DNA of 64,000 nucleotides, taken from Eledone cirrhosa. Taxonomy: Eukaryota. Position numbers and translations under genes: made by a program. This document shows, one piece after another, positions 1 through 17,769 of the stretch. The stretch's first letter is position 1; the number at the start of each line of letters is the position of its first letter. Location: the NCBI GenBank assembly GCA_964016885.1, contig OZ024742.1:36952001-37016000 (forward strand), read 5' to 3'. A model generated the notes under the pieces. That model saw nothing but the letters and a program-made list of their open reading frames with translations. It was not told the DNA's origin and searched no databases.

Positions 1-364
1 CAGAATTCCAGGATTCTGGAGCCTTCCTCATTTCTAGTGCCAAACCCATAGCCTCCGTGGATTCCGTCATAGCCGTCACAATGTTGACCAACGTGGCCAT
101 TTGGGGAGCCAGCAATAATTATATAGTCACTGTCGGTTATTTGGGAGGTAGTGAGCATCAGTGTCTCATAGAATTTGTCTTTTATAGCGCCAGGCAGTCC
201 GGATTGGGGTGCGTATGCCGATATTACTGTCACAGTAGTTCTATTTAGAACAAGTCTTATTTTAATTATTCTGTCATTTACTCTATTTACATCTATTATC
301 TTATCCACCCATTTTTCTGCTAACATGATTCCTACCCCACCTATCCCATTGTCATTACCCACCC
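1..364 (-). mobile_element. Inverted 5' segment of an RTE LINE (APE endonuclease), continuing off the window edge
   Basis: Minus strand translates VGNDNGIGGVGIMLAEKWVDKIIDVNRVNDRIIKIRLVLNRTTVTVISAYAPQSGL, homologous to the APE region of the RTE at ~28100-28400. Confidence 0.85.
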
Positions 365-1887
365 GAAGGACTGGCGTAGCAGCATCATCATTAACTGTTA
401 CAAGGGTAAAGGAGATGCCCTAGATAGGAGTAACTATAGAGGCATTAAATTAATCAACCAGGTCATGAAGGTCACGAAAAAAGTTATAGCGCAACTAATC
501 AGAGAGAGAATTGATCTAGATGAAATGCAGTTCGGTTTTGTGTCAGGAAAAAGTACCACAGACGCTCTTTTCATTGTACGACAACTACAGGAGAAGTACC
601 TAGCTAAAAGTAAACCCCTATACTTAGCTTTTGTTGACTTGGAGAAAGCCTTCGATAGAGTCCCCCGTTCCATTATCTGGTGGGCTCTTAGAAAACTAGG
701 TGTTGACGAATGGCTTGTGAGAGCTATACAAGCCATGTATAAAGAAACAGTCAGCAAGGTTAGAATTAACAACGAATATAGTGAAGAGTTTAGTGTAAAA
801 GTTGGTGTTCATCAGGGCTCTGTTCTTAGCCCCCTACTATTTATTATTGCCCTTCAGGCTATAACAGTGGAGTTCAAGACTGGCTGCCCATGGGAACTCC
901 TATACGCTCATAGCTGAATCAATGGCCGAGCTAGAGAAGAAATTCCAAACATGGAAGCACGGCCTAGAATCAAAAGGCCTTAAAATTGACCTGGCTAAGA
1001 CTAAAGTTCTAGTTTGTAGGAAAGAAAATAAGGCGACGGTCCCTTCCGGGAAATGGCCATGCTCAGTGTGTAGGAAAGGCGTAGGTAGAAACTCCATTTT
1101 ATGTCCCAAATGCAAAGTATGGGTGCATAAAAGATGTAGTGGGATCACAGGTAAGCTAACTAAGAACATAGATTTTACATGTGGTCGGTGCTCTGGTGCA
1201 ATAAGTAGCAGCAAGTGCCCACAAAAATACTAGCTCTTTCAATTGCGCAGAGGGTTCTATAGAAATAGTGGACAGCTTCCGTTACCTGGGTGACAAAATA
1301 AAGCAGTGTGGGAGGGTGCTCTGAAAGTACAGTAGCTAGAGTCAGAACTGGATGGAAAAAGTTCAGAGAGCTTATACCACTATTAGCCACTAAAGGGTTC
1401 TCCCTAAAAATGAAAGACAGGTTGTATGATGCCTGCATACGAACAGCAATGTTGCATGGCAGTGAGACCTGGGCATTGTGTGCAGAGGATATACGCAGAC
1501 TAGAGAGGAACGAAGCTTGCATGCTCCGCTGGATGTGTAATAGTAACATACGTGAACGGCAAAGCATAAGCGAACTAAGGAAAAAATTAGAAATAAGAGG
1601 GATCAGATGTTGTTTACTCGAGAGAAGGCTACGTTGGTATGGTCACGTGATGCGCATGAAAGACGACAGCTGTATAACAAAGTGCAGGGCAATAAAGATA
1701 GACGGTAGCTACGGAGTAGGCAGACCCAGAAAAACGTGGGACGAGCTGATAAATTCCGACCTCACACACTTACACCTCTCCAAGACAATGTCACTGGACC
1801 GAGACCTTTGGCGGTAGTCAGTAATAGAGTAGACCCGCCTTACCTAAATACAAAGTAAAACCTACTACAGTCAGTAGGCATCTCTAA
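363..1887 (+). mobile_element. RTE LINE RT/C-terminal part (family A), frameshifted, 3' UTR missing
   Basis: ORFs 465-917, 922-1233 and 1308-1817 match the RTE at 17860-20276 ([33 protein letters not shown]); sequence breaks into microsatellite after ggcatctctaa. Confidence 0.93.
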
Positions 1888-2024
1888 TACATATACATAC
1901 ATATATATATATATATATATACATATATATATACATATACATATATATATACATATACATATATACATATATATGTACATATACATATATATATACATAT
2001 ACATATATACATATACATATATAC

Positions 2025-2228
2025 ATAGGAACAAGTAAGACCCCGACGGCTGAGCTCAAGCCGTTTCGACGGCTAATTCTGTCAGAATTCCGACAGAATT
2101 AGCCGTCGAAACAGCTTGAGCTCAGCCGTCGGGGTCTTACTTGTTCCTATTACCCACTCTACTACTCCAAGTATTGAGTACTTTGGTGCGTTATGGTCCA
2201 CCTGGTTCCCTACCACATTTCCTTCGTT
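2025..2228. repeat. 126-bp near-perfect palindrome (2025-2150) plus tail; head-to-head termini of an HHR-type repeat
   Basis: ataggaacaagtaagacccc...gtc-a-gaattc-c-gac...ggggtcttacttgttcctat with 2 mismatches; arms contain GAAA-C(G/A)GCT-loop-AGCCG-TC; related single copy at ~46733-46790. Confidence 0.85.
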
Positions 2229-6195
<3,967 letters not shown>

Positions 6196-6389
6196 GATAA
6201 ATCTACCAAGAGTTTACGGTAGTGTCCAATCCGTATGAAGAACTCAATGTATTCCGGATATCATGGAAAGAAGAGATGTAATGAAAAATCACTTTCGGTG
6301 AAAGATAAACGGTATACAGAGTCAAGATAAAATATTAAACAAATAATGAATAAAACAATGAAACAGTTCCTTATATTAAACAAAAAAAG

Positions 6390-6544
6390 TTCATTATTTA
6401 ACGATCGTTTCTAGGATATATATGTGTTAGAATTGGCATGCATATTCAACAGATCTATGTACAAAATTATACAAAATTATACAAACTATCAAGATTAAAT
6501 ATACATACCAAACACACATATACGCCGTCTTCAGAAATAATGAA
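6390..6544 (-). ncRNA. Type I hammerhead ribozyme with extended stem II (inverted copy)
   Basis: Reverse complement of 17615-17769. Confidence 0.8.
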
Positions 6545-7192
6545 ATATATTTATTGATAATAACAACAATTCAAAATTTCAGGTCCGTTTGGGAACAAAA
6601 TTGACCAATGAAAATACAAAAGGTTTTATGCAGTTTGGCGTGTGTATATACATGTAACTACCCCGTACACATATTTATACAAAGATGTATGCTCAACATG
6701 CATACGCATGCCAAAAAGATGCATGCAAATACAAAATTTCAAGGTTAATGTCTCTGTAAGTTTATAATGCACAGATAAGATGCGTATAGACACATAAATA
6801 TGAAATAAGTGTATACACATATTCTCATACTCACACATATCCGTACACTCACACACACGCGCGCGTATATGCATAAACATACACATAATTACGAACATAC
6901 ATACACACACACACCCCCACACACATATATATATGTGGATATAATATTATCATAAGCACATGGATATTAATTCACTCACATAAACACTGCCACACACATT
7001 TAGATCAAGATACAGAAATTAGGTGGGAGGGGGGGAGAGGTCAGTATTCAACGGTTTGGGCAGACTGCTTATTTATAGATGTATCTATAAACTAAGAAAT
7101 AAAAAATAAAAATTAAAAAGGAAAGAAAAGAAAAAGAAAAAAGAAAAAAGAAATATATCAAGAAAATATATATATATATATATATATACATA

Positions 7193-7274
<82 letters not shown>

Positions 7275-7362
7275 CACACATCTACACTTAGAACACACAT
7301 ACACACACATATATAAACATATACATATACACACATACACACATATACATACATACATATAA

Positions 7363-7395
<33 letters not shown>

Positions 7396-7910
7396 TACAC
7401 ATATAATCACACATACATATATAGACACACATATATATACACATACACGCACATATACATACACATACATACTTATATACATACAGATATACACATACAT
7501 ACCTATATATACGCACAAATACATACAGACATACATACATACATACACACAAATACTTACGCATCCATATATCGGTATATACATACAAACACCACTACAC
7601 TCTCACACAACTCAGACATACAAAGAAAAAGGTATATACCTATACACATATACACATACAAATAGAGATACATATACATATATATATATATATACACATA
7701 TATATATATATATATACATACACATATACACACATATATATACATACACATACATACATGTACTCACACATACATATACATACATACACACATACACACA
7801 TATATATATGGTCATACACACACATACACCTACACGAACATACACATACACATATATAAAGATATATATACACACACACACATACACACACACACATATA
7901 TATAAAATAA

Positions 7911-7965
<55 letters not shown>

Positions 7966-8520
7966 CACATATACATAGACATATATGTACATACATACAC
8001 ATACATACATACATATACACACATATATATATATATATATACACACATAGACACATACATACATACACACACAACATACATACACACACATATATACTCA
8101 TACATAGACATAGATATATATTCATACATACATACGCACTTACATATACTCATATATACAAATACATACGCATCCATATATGCGTATATACATACAAACA
8201 CCACTACACTCTCACACAACTCAGACATACAAAGAAAAAGGTATATACATATACATATATACACACATTAATAGAGATACATATACACATATATATATAT
8301 ATATACACATACATTTATATATATACACCCACACACACATACAACCATAAACACACATACAAACACACACATACACACATATATACATACATATATATAC
8401 ACACACACAAAAAAAAAAAACACACATACACATATATTTTTTTACACATATATATACATATATATACATATACACACCCTCACATATACACACATACACA
8501 TAAGTTATATTATAATAATA

Positions 8521-8557
<37 letters not shown>

Positions 8558-9603
8558 CGAATATAGACATATATACACACATAGATATACATATACATAT
8601 ATATATACACACACACACACACACACTCTCATATATATGTGCGCACACGTACATATATACACATACACACATATACACATAAACATATACATGTGCATAC
8701 ATGTACATACACACATATAGCCACATAGATACGAAGATAGACATATATATAAAGAGACATACATATACATACACATATATATATACACATACATACACAC
8801 ATATATATATATACACACACACATACACGCCCACACACATATACACATATACACATATATATATATATATACATATACACATATATATACACATGCATAT
8901 ATACACATATATATATATATACACACATATATATACACACAATCTTACATTCTTATTTGCATGCGCATATATGTATTTTTATATTCAGATATAAATACCC
9001 AAACATATATACACCTACCTACATATATATTCATACATACACGCTTACAAACACAGATGATAATAGTATGGGGGAAAGGGGGGGGTGGAGAAGGGGATTA
9101 TAGTAAATATATGTTTCAAGAAACATAGAATATTATCTGTATCTGGATCCCAATATATGTTTTTACATAGTTTCAGTGTTAGGAAATACAAGAAATAAGG
9201 CAAAATTATGCATTTCAAAATAAGTATACCATTAATTATATGTTAACTAAACTAAAGATAGTTAACATATTGATTTCTAAGGTGTAAATTAGTTAGGTTT
9301 ATAATATTTGAAGCAGAATTTTGAAGTTAAATAGTAGTAGAGTATTAATTATAGTATAACTAAATTAAAGTTATTAACGTTATGGTATCAATATTAGGAA
9401 ATGAATTTAGTAATAGGGAAAAAACAAATAAAGTATTACATCGGTAGTAGAATATAAATTATAGGTTAACTAAATTAAAAATTATATATTAATTTCTATA
9501 GTATATGTTAATTAGGTATATAATAAATAAAACAGATATTGTATTTTATCAATAGCAGAATATAATTATATGCAAATAGAAATCAAAATTAATACATATA
9601 CAT

Positions 9604-9686
<83 letters not shown>

Positions 9687-10180
9687 TACATACACATACA
9701 TATACATACATACATATACATATTTTTTCAAAAAAATTGCAAAGAATATATTAACTAGGTATACATCCAAAACACATCCCATTCTATGATTACATGACAC
9801 TCTGCAATCCGTCTGTATAAGGATACTAATTTTAAGCCAATTAAATTAAATTTTTAGGTTGACTAAATTTAAAACCAAATTATAAATATATTTCTAAAAT
9901 GTATATTAATTAGGTCTATAATACTAAAAATTATTTCTCTGTCATTGGATACACGATATTTTGTTATATTTTATCTGTAAAGGAATTTTAATAAAAGGTT
10001 TAAATAAATTAAAATTAATCTATAAATTAAATTACTAAGTATATATTAGTAATATTTAAAGGTTTTTCACAATTTATGATTACACAATATTTTATATTCT
10101 CATCTGTAGTAGAATTTTAATTAAATTAAATTTATAGGTTAACTAACATTTAAATTAAATTAATTTCTAAAATAATGTTA

Positions 10181-11250
10181 TTAATTAGGTTTATAATATT
10201 TAAATGTTTTTTTTAGTTTATGATTACACGATATAATTAATTCCTGTCGTTTATTTAATAGGATATCCTTAGATTTCATTATTTCAAATAGTTCTTGGGA
10301 ACATAATCTACATTCATTTCTATTATTTTGATAAGGGGTGGCTCTTTTGAGCACACTCCAGGTCAAATCATATTCTATATTCTTATTTTTATAACTATTG
10401 ATTTTTTCTGCTAGAGATGTTGTATTAGCCAGTGCGGCATTTTTAAAACTATGCTTGTGGGTATTAAATCTTGTCTTAAAATTGTTAGAGGTAGCTCCTA
10501 TATATGAGCAAATAGAATCTTTAGTTTTAACATTACATTTATAGACTATGTTGTTAACAAGACAATTCCCTTTTAATGGGCAGTTTGCTTTGTTTCTACA
10601 GTTACAACCTTTCGTTAATTCTGTATTTGAGGAGATATTATGGTTAATTTGATGTACTGGTGGTATACTTATGGTTTTCTTACATTTATATGCATTATAG
10701 GCACTTATATTTTGTTTTATGTTATTTGTTGTTGAGTATGAGAATTTAACTGTAGACCTATTTAAGATTTGATGGTATTTGTGGTTTGGCGGGAAGTTTT
10801 TCTCTAGGATATAAAAAAATTTTTTAGCAATATTATCCTTAATTTGTAAATTAAATGGAGCATTATACCAAGTAACCCGTCTATTACGGTTTCTATGTTG
10901 TTTATTATTTTTATTATTTTTATAGGTTGTATCGTGATGTTTACTAGGAGGATTAATGTTAATGATCTCACCACAACCATTTTTAGTTATATTTGTAGAT
11001 TTAGGTGTTTTATCTTTTTTATTAGGAGTTTTATTATTAATATTTATTAGAGTTGTATGATGAGTAGTTTTTTGAGAGTTACTATATTTTATATTAGAAG
11101 ATTTGGTATTTTGGGGTATAGTGTGGGTGGCATTTAGGTGTGTACTTTTCATTTGGTGTTTGTTGGTAATATTAGGTTGTATGCTTTTAGTATTTTTAGT
11201 AGAAGGTATATATTCTAATCTATTTTTGTGGCCACTTCTATCTAGAGCTT
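10181..11250 (-). pseudogene. Partial PLE ORF (linker + GIY-YIG endonuclease) in the inverted arm
   Basis: Protein identical to the C-terminal part of ORF 12117-14048 from ALDRSGHK onward; the listed N-terminal MNKTMKQF... is read-through from the junction. Confidence 0.9.
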
Positions 11251-11605
11251 TTGAACTTTTTTTGTTTAATATAAGGAACTGTTTCATTGTTTTATTCATT
11301 ATTTGTTTAATATTTTATCTTGACTCTGTATACCGTTTATCTTTCACCGAAAGTGATTTTTCATTACATCTCTTCTTTCCATGATATCCGGAATACATTG
11401 AGTTCTTCATACGGATTGGACACTACCGTAAACTCTTGGTAGATTTATCTACATAATTTTGCTCCTATTTTCACGGAAATATTCGTATTTTTGTACTGTA
11501 TGTGTGTATTAATTTTATATTTATGTATATACATATATATGTATGATTTTGTAAACCCATATACATTTAGTTGAGCTCTTTCAATTGTCCATCATCCATA
11601 TCACA

Positions 11606-14048
11606 ATGGAAAAACAATATTTGGGAACCTCTTTAAAAAACATACCAATACCTTCTAAGGATGACTTCTTACTCCTTATGATTCAAAAAACTAATAATTT
11701 TATCAGAAGGGTTAGATGGAGAGCCTACCACTTCGATAAAAAATCTAAACAAGCAGATCGGAAATATATGTATGATTTCAATACTTACAAGAATCCACCA
11801 CACAACTTTTTACTTGAAGACTTCGAGAAAGACCTTTTTAATTTAATTAAACACCTCAAATTTAAAAAGTATAAATCCGTCTTTCAAAAGGACCTTGATT
11901 CTACCCTATTGGACCTAAAAAAGTCTAAAAAAATTCATGTCCACTCGGACAAAACTGGTAACTTGTATCATATGGATATTGAACATTATAATGAGTTCAT
12001 ATATAAAGAACTCAGAAAAAATTATAAAAAATCTAATAATGCGTCACTCACCAACATCAACAACAAAACACACAACATAGTAAAAAAAACTAAACATTGA
12101 AGATAGAACTGAACCTTTGGCATTGAAAAGACCACACTTCAACCTGAAGGATCATAAATCAAACTTTAACTCAAATCCTTCTATTAGACTTATATGTCCC
12201 TCCAAATCAGATATTGGAATAATTAGCAAAAAAATTTTGGATAGAGTCATCCCACAAATAAGAAAACACGTTATTTTACCACTCTGGGAAAACACCTCCC
12301 AGGTAATTAACTGGTTTAAAAATATTAGATGTAAATCTTCTGCTTCATTTCTACAATTTGATATAGATAATTACTATTCTTCTATATCACCTATACTCCT
12401 GAACAAAGCATTGATATTTGCTAAAAATAGATCTAACTTAACTTTGGATGACATTAATATTATTACACATGCTAGACTAACACTTATTGAATTTCAGAAT
12501 GAATACTGGACCAGAAACACATATAGTAATCTATTTGATATTACTATGGGTTCAAGCGATTCCGCCCAAATTACTGATCTTGTGGGCCTCTTTCTCCTTT
12601 TCAACATAAATGCCTCCTTTCCCCACCTCAAAGGTGGTTTATATCGTGATGACTGTCTTCTTCTTTCTAACAACCTTAGCCTTTCAGAAATTGAAAAAAA
12701 CAAAAAACATATTAGAACTTTCCTTAAAGACTATTATAATCTTCATATTACTTTTGAAAAAACAAGTAAAGTAGTAAATTTCCTAGATATAACTTTAGAT
12801 TTAGCTACGGGTATCTACCAACCTTACCATAAACCAAACCAAAACTTACATTACATACACTCACAATCTAATCACCCTAAATCTATCCTTAAAAACCTTG
12901 CATATAATATATCACTTAGAATTTCTAACCTTTCTTCTAACCAAGATGTATTTGATAAAAATGCGACCTTCTATAACGAAGCTCTAGATAGAAGTGGCCA
13001 CAAAAATAGATTAGAATATATACCTTCTACTAAAAATACTAAAAGCATACAACCTAATATTACCAACAAACACCAAATGAAAAGTACACACCTAAATGCC
13101 ACCCACACTATACCCCAAAATACCAAATCTTCTAATATAAAATATAGTAACTCTCAAAAAACTACTCATCATACAACTCTAATAAATATTAATAATAAAA
13201 CTCCTAATAAAAAAGATAAAACACCTAAATCTACAAATATAACTAAAAATGGTTGTGGTGAGATCATTAACATTAATCCTCCTAGTAAACATCACGATAC
13301 AACCTATAAAAATAATAAAAATAATAAACAACATAGAAACCGTAATAGACGGGTTACTTGGTATAATGCTCCATTTAATTTACAAATTAAGGATAATATT
13401 GCTAAAAAATTTTTTTATATCCTAGAGAAAAACTTCCCGCCAAACCACAAATACCATCAAATCTTAAATAGGTCTACAGTTAAATTCTCATACTCAACAA
13501 CAAATAACATAAAACAAAATATAAGTGCCTATAATGCATATAAATGTAAGAAAACCATAAGTATACCACCAGTACATCAAATTAACCATAATATCTCCTC
13601 AAATACAGAATTAACGAAAGGTTGTAACTGTAGAAACAAAGCAAACTGCCCATTAAAAGGGAATTGTCTTGTTAACAACATAGTCTATAAATGTAATGTT
13701 AAAACTAAAGATTCTATTTGCTCATATATAGGAGCTACCTCTAACAATTTTAAGACAAGATTTAATACCCACAAGCATAGTTTTAAAAATGCCGCACTGG
13801 CTAATACAACATCTCTAGCAGAAAAAATCAATAGTTATAAAAATAAGAATATAGAATATGATTTGACCTGGAGTGTGCTCAAAAGAGCCACCCCTTATCA
13901 AAATAATAGAAATGAATGTAGATTATGTTCCCAAGAACTATTTGAAATAATGAAATCTAAGGATATCCTATTAAATAAACGACAGGAATTAATTATATCG
14001 TGTAATCATAAACTAAAAAAAACATTTAAATATTATAAACCTAATTAA
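11606..14048 (+). CDS. PLE reverse transcriptase / GIY-YIG endonuclease (~813 aa after removing one A from the A8 run at 12082-12089)
   Basis: SLKNIPIPS N-terminus, LKDHK..RLICP, FDIDNYYSSI, ITMGS, LYRDD, VNFLDITLDL, SNHP, CNCxxxxxCPLxGxC, IVY..YIG..FKTR..H, CRLC; frame-corrected join reads VKKLNIEDRTEPLALKRPHF. Confidence 0.88.
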
Positions 14049-14542
14049 TAACATTATTTTAGAAATTAATTTAATTTAAATGTTAGTTAACCTATAAATT
14101 TAATTTAATTAAAATTCTACTACAGATGAGAATATAAAATATTGTGTAATCATAAATTGTGAAAAACCTTTAAATATTACTAATATATACTTAGTAATTT
14201 AATTTATAGATTAATTTTAATTTATTTAAACCTTTTATTAAAATTCCTTTACAGATAAAATATAACAAAATATCGTGTATCCAATGACAGAGAAATAATT
14301 TTTAGTATTATAGACCTAATTAATATACATTTTAGAAATATATTTATAATTTGGTTTTAAATTTAGTCAACCTAAAAATTTAATTTAATTGGCTTAAAAT
14401 TAGTATCCTTATACAGACGGATTGCAGAGTGTCATGTAATCATAGAATGGGATGTGTTTTGGATGTATACCTAGTTAATATATTCTTTGCAATTTTTTTG
14501 AAAAAATATGTATATGTATGTATGTATATGTATGTGTATGTA

Positions 14543-14607
<65 letters not shown>

Positions 14608-15655
14608 ATGTATATGTATATGTATTAATTTTGATTTCTATTTGCATATAATTATATTCTGCTATTGATAAAATACAATATCTGTTTTATTTATTATATA
14701 CCTAATTAACATATACTATAGAAATTAATATATAATTTTTAATTTAGTTAACCTATAATTTATATTCTACTACCGATGTAATACTTTATTTGTTTTTTCC
14801 CTATTACTAAATTCATTTCCTAATATTGATACCATAACGTTAATAACTTTAATTTAGTTATACTATAATTAATACTCTACTACTATTTAACTTCAAAATT
14901 CTGCTTCAAATATTATAAACCTAACTAATTTACACCTTAGAAATCAATATGTTAACTATCTTTAGTTTAGTTAACATATAATTAATGGTATACTTATTTT
15001 GAAATGCATAATTTTGCCTTATTTCTTGTATTTCCTAACACTGAAACTATGTAAAAACATATATTGGGATCCAGATACAGATAATATTCTATGTTTCTTG
15101 AAACATATATTTACTATAATCCCCTTCTCCAACCCCCCCCCTTTCTTCCATACTATTATCATCTGTGTTTGTAAGCGTGTATGTATGAATATATATGTAG
15201 GTAGGTGTATATATGTTTGGGTATTTATATCTGAATATAAAAATACATATATGCGCATGCAAATAAGAATGTAAGATTGTGTGTATATATATGTGTGTAT
15301 ATATATATATATGTGTATATATGCATGTGTATATATATGTGTATATGTATATATATATATATGTGTATATGTGTATATGTGTGTGGGCGTGTATGTGTGT
15401 GTGTATATATATATATATATATGTGTGTATGTATGTGTATATATATATGTGTATGTATATGTATGTCTCTCTATATATATGTCTATCTTCGTATCTATGT
15501 GGCTATATGTGTGTATGTACATGTATATGTTTATGTGTATATGTGTGTATGTGTATATATGTACGTGTGCGCACATATATATGAGAGTGTGTGTGTGTGT
15601 GTGTGTATATATATATGTATATGTATATCTATGTGTGTATATATGTCTATATTCG

Positions 15656-15702
<47 letters not shown>

Positions 15703-16257
15703 TATTATTATAATATAACTTATGTGTATGTGTGTATATGTGAGGGTGTGTATATGTATATATATGTATATATATGTGTAAAAAAATATATATGTGTATG
15801 TGTGTTTTTTTTTTTTGTGTGTGTGTATATATATGTATGTATATATGTGTGTATGTGTGTGTTTGTATGTGTGTTTATGGTTGTATGTGTGTGTGGGTGT
15901 ATATATATAAATGTATGTGTATATATATATATATATGTGTATATGTATCTCTATTAATGTGTGTATATATGTATATGTATATACCTTTTTCTTTGTATGT
16001 CTGAGTTGTGTGAGAGTGTAGTGGTGTTTGTATGTATATACGCATATATGGATGCGTATGTATTTGTATATATGAGTATATGTAAGTGCGTATGTATGTA
16101 TGAATATATATCTATGTCTATGTATGAGTATATATGTGTGTGTATGTATGTTGTGTGTGTATGTATGTATGTGTCTATGTGTGTATATATATATATATAT
16201 GTGTGTATATGTATGTATGTATGTGTATGTATGTACATATATGTCTATGTATATGTG

Positions 16258-16294
<37 letters not shown>

Positions 16295-16805
16295 TTATTT
16301 TATATATATGTGTGTGTGTGTATGTGTGTGTGTGTATATATATCTTTATATATGTGTATGTGTATGTTCGTGTAGGTGTATGTGTGTGTATGACTATATA
16401 TGTATGTGTGTATGTGTGTATGTATGTATATGTATGTGTGAGTACATGTATGTATGTGTATGTATATATATGTGTGTATATGTGTATGTATATATATATA
16501 TATATATGTGTATATATATATATATATGTATATGTATCTCTATTTGTATGTGTATATGTGTATAGGTATATACCTTTTTCTTTGTATGTCTGAGTTGTGT
16601 GAGAGTGTAGTGGTGTTTGTATGTATATACCGATATATGGATGCGTAAGTATTTGTGTGTATGTATGTATGTCTGTATGTATTTGTGCGTATATATAGGT
16701 ATGTATGTGTATATCTGTATGTATATAAGTATGTATGTGTATGTATATGTGCGTGTATGTGTATATATATGTGTGTCTATATATGTATGTGTGATTATAT
16801 GTGTA

Positions 16806-16838
<33 letters not shown>

Positions 16839-16926
16839 TTATATGTATGTATGTATATGTGTGTATGTGTGTATATGTATATGTTTATATATGTGTGTGT
16901 ATGTGTGTTCTAAGTGTAGATGTGTG

Positions 16927-16970
<44 letters not shown>

Positions 16971-17614
16971 TATGTATATATATATATATATATATATTTT
17001 CTTGATATATTTCTTTTTTCTTTTTTCTTTTTCTTTTCTTTCCTTTTTAATTTTTATTTTTTATTTCTTAGTTTATAGATACATCTATAAATAAGCAGTC
17101 TGCCCAAACCGTTGAATACTGACCTCTCCCCCCCTCCCACCTAATTTCTGTATCTTGATCTAAATGTGTGTGGCAGTGTTTATGTGAGTGAATTAATATC
17201 CATGTGCTTATGATAATATTATATCCACATATATATATGTGTGTGGGGGTGTGTGTATGTATGTTCGTAATTATGAGTATGTTTATGCATATACGCGCGC
17301 GTGTGTGTGAGTGTACGGATATGTGTGAGTATGAGAATATGTGTATACACTTATTTCATATTTATGTGTCTATACGCATCTTATCTGTGCATTATAAACT
17401 TACAGAGACATTAACCTTGAAATTTTGTATTTGCATGCATCTTTTTGGCATGCGTATGCATGTTGAGCATACATCTTTGTATAAATATGTGTACGGGGTA
17501 GTTACATGTATATACACACGCCAAACTGCATAAAACCTTTTGTATTTTCATTGGTCAATTTTGTTCCCAAACGGACCTGAAATTTTGAATTGTTGTTATT
17601 ATCAATAAATATAT

Positions 17615-17769
17615 TTCATTATTTCTGAAGACGGCGTATATGTGTGTTTGGTATGTATATTTAATCTTGATAGTTTGTATAATTTTGTATAATTTTGTAC
17701 ATAGATCTGTTGAATATGCATGCCAATTCTAACACATATATATCCTAGAAACGATCGTTAAATAATGAA
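17615..17769 (+). ncRNA. Type I hammerhead ribozyme, ~116-nt stem II, palindromic stem III; predicted cleavage after 17759
   Basis: Stem I ttcattattt/aaataatgaa (10 bp); core CTGAAGA 17625-17631; long hairpin 17632-17747; GAAA 17748-17751; CGATCG; GUU triplet. Confidence 0.8.

Larger units (their letters stand above)
6190..11250 (-). mobile_element. 5'-truncated inverted copy of the Penelope-like element (end of ORF, long 3' UTR, HHR, terminal repeat)
   Basis: 6327-11250 is the reverse complement of 12979-17832; 6190-6393 is the reverse complement of 11252-11455; ends agatttatctaca-(TA)n. Confidence 0.95.

Noticed and set aside
434-1567. Antisense ORFs over RTE copies (repeated at other copies)
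   Set aside because: Shadow frames of the RT coding strand
12098-12100. TGA as selenocysteine in a Naiad-like ORF
   Set aside because: The TGA arises only in the shifted frame after the A8 run; conserved Cys positions use TGT/TGC
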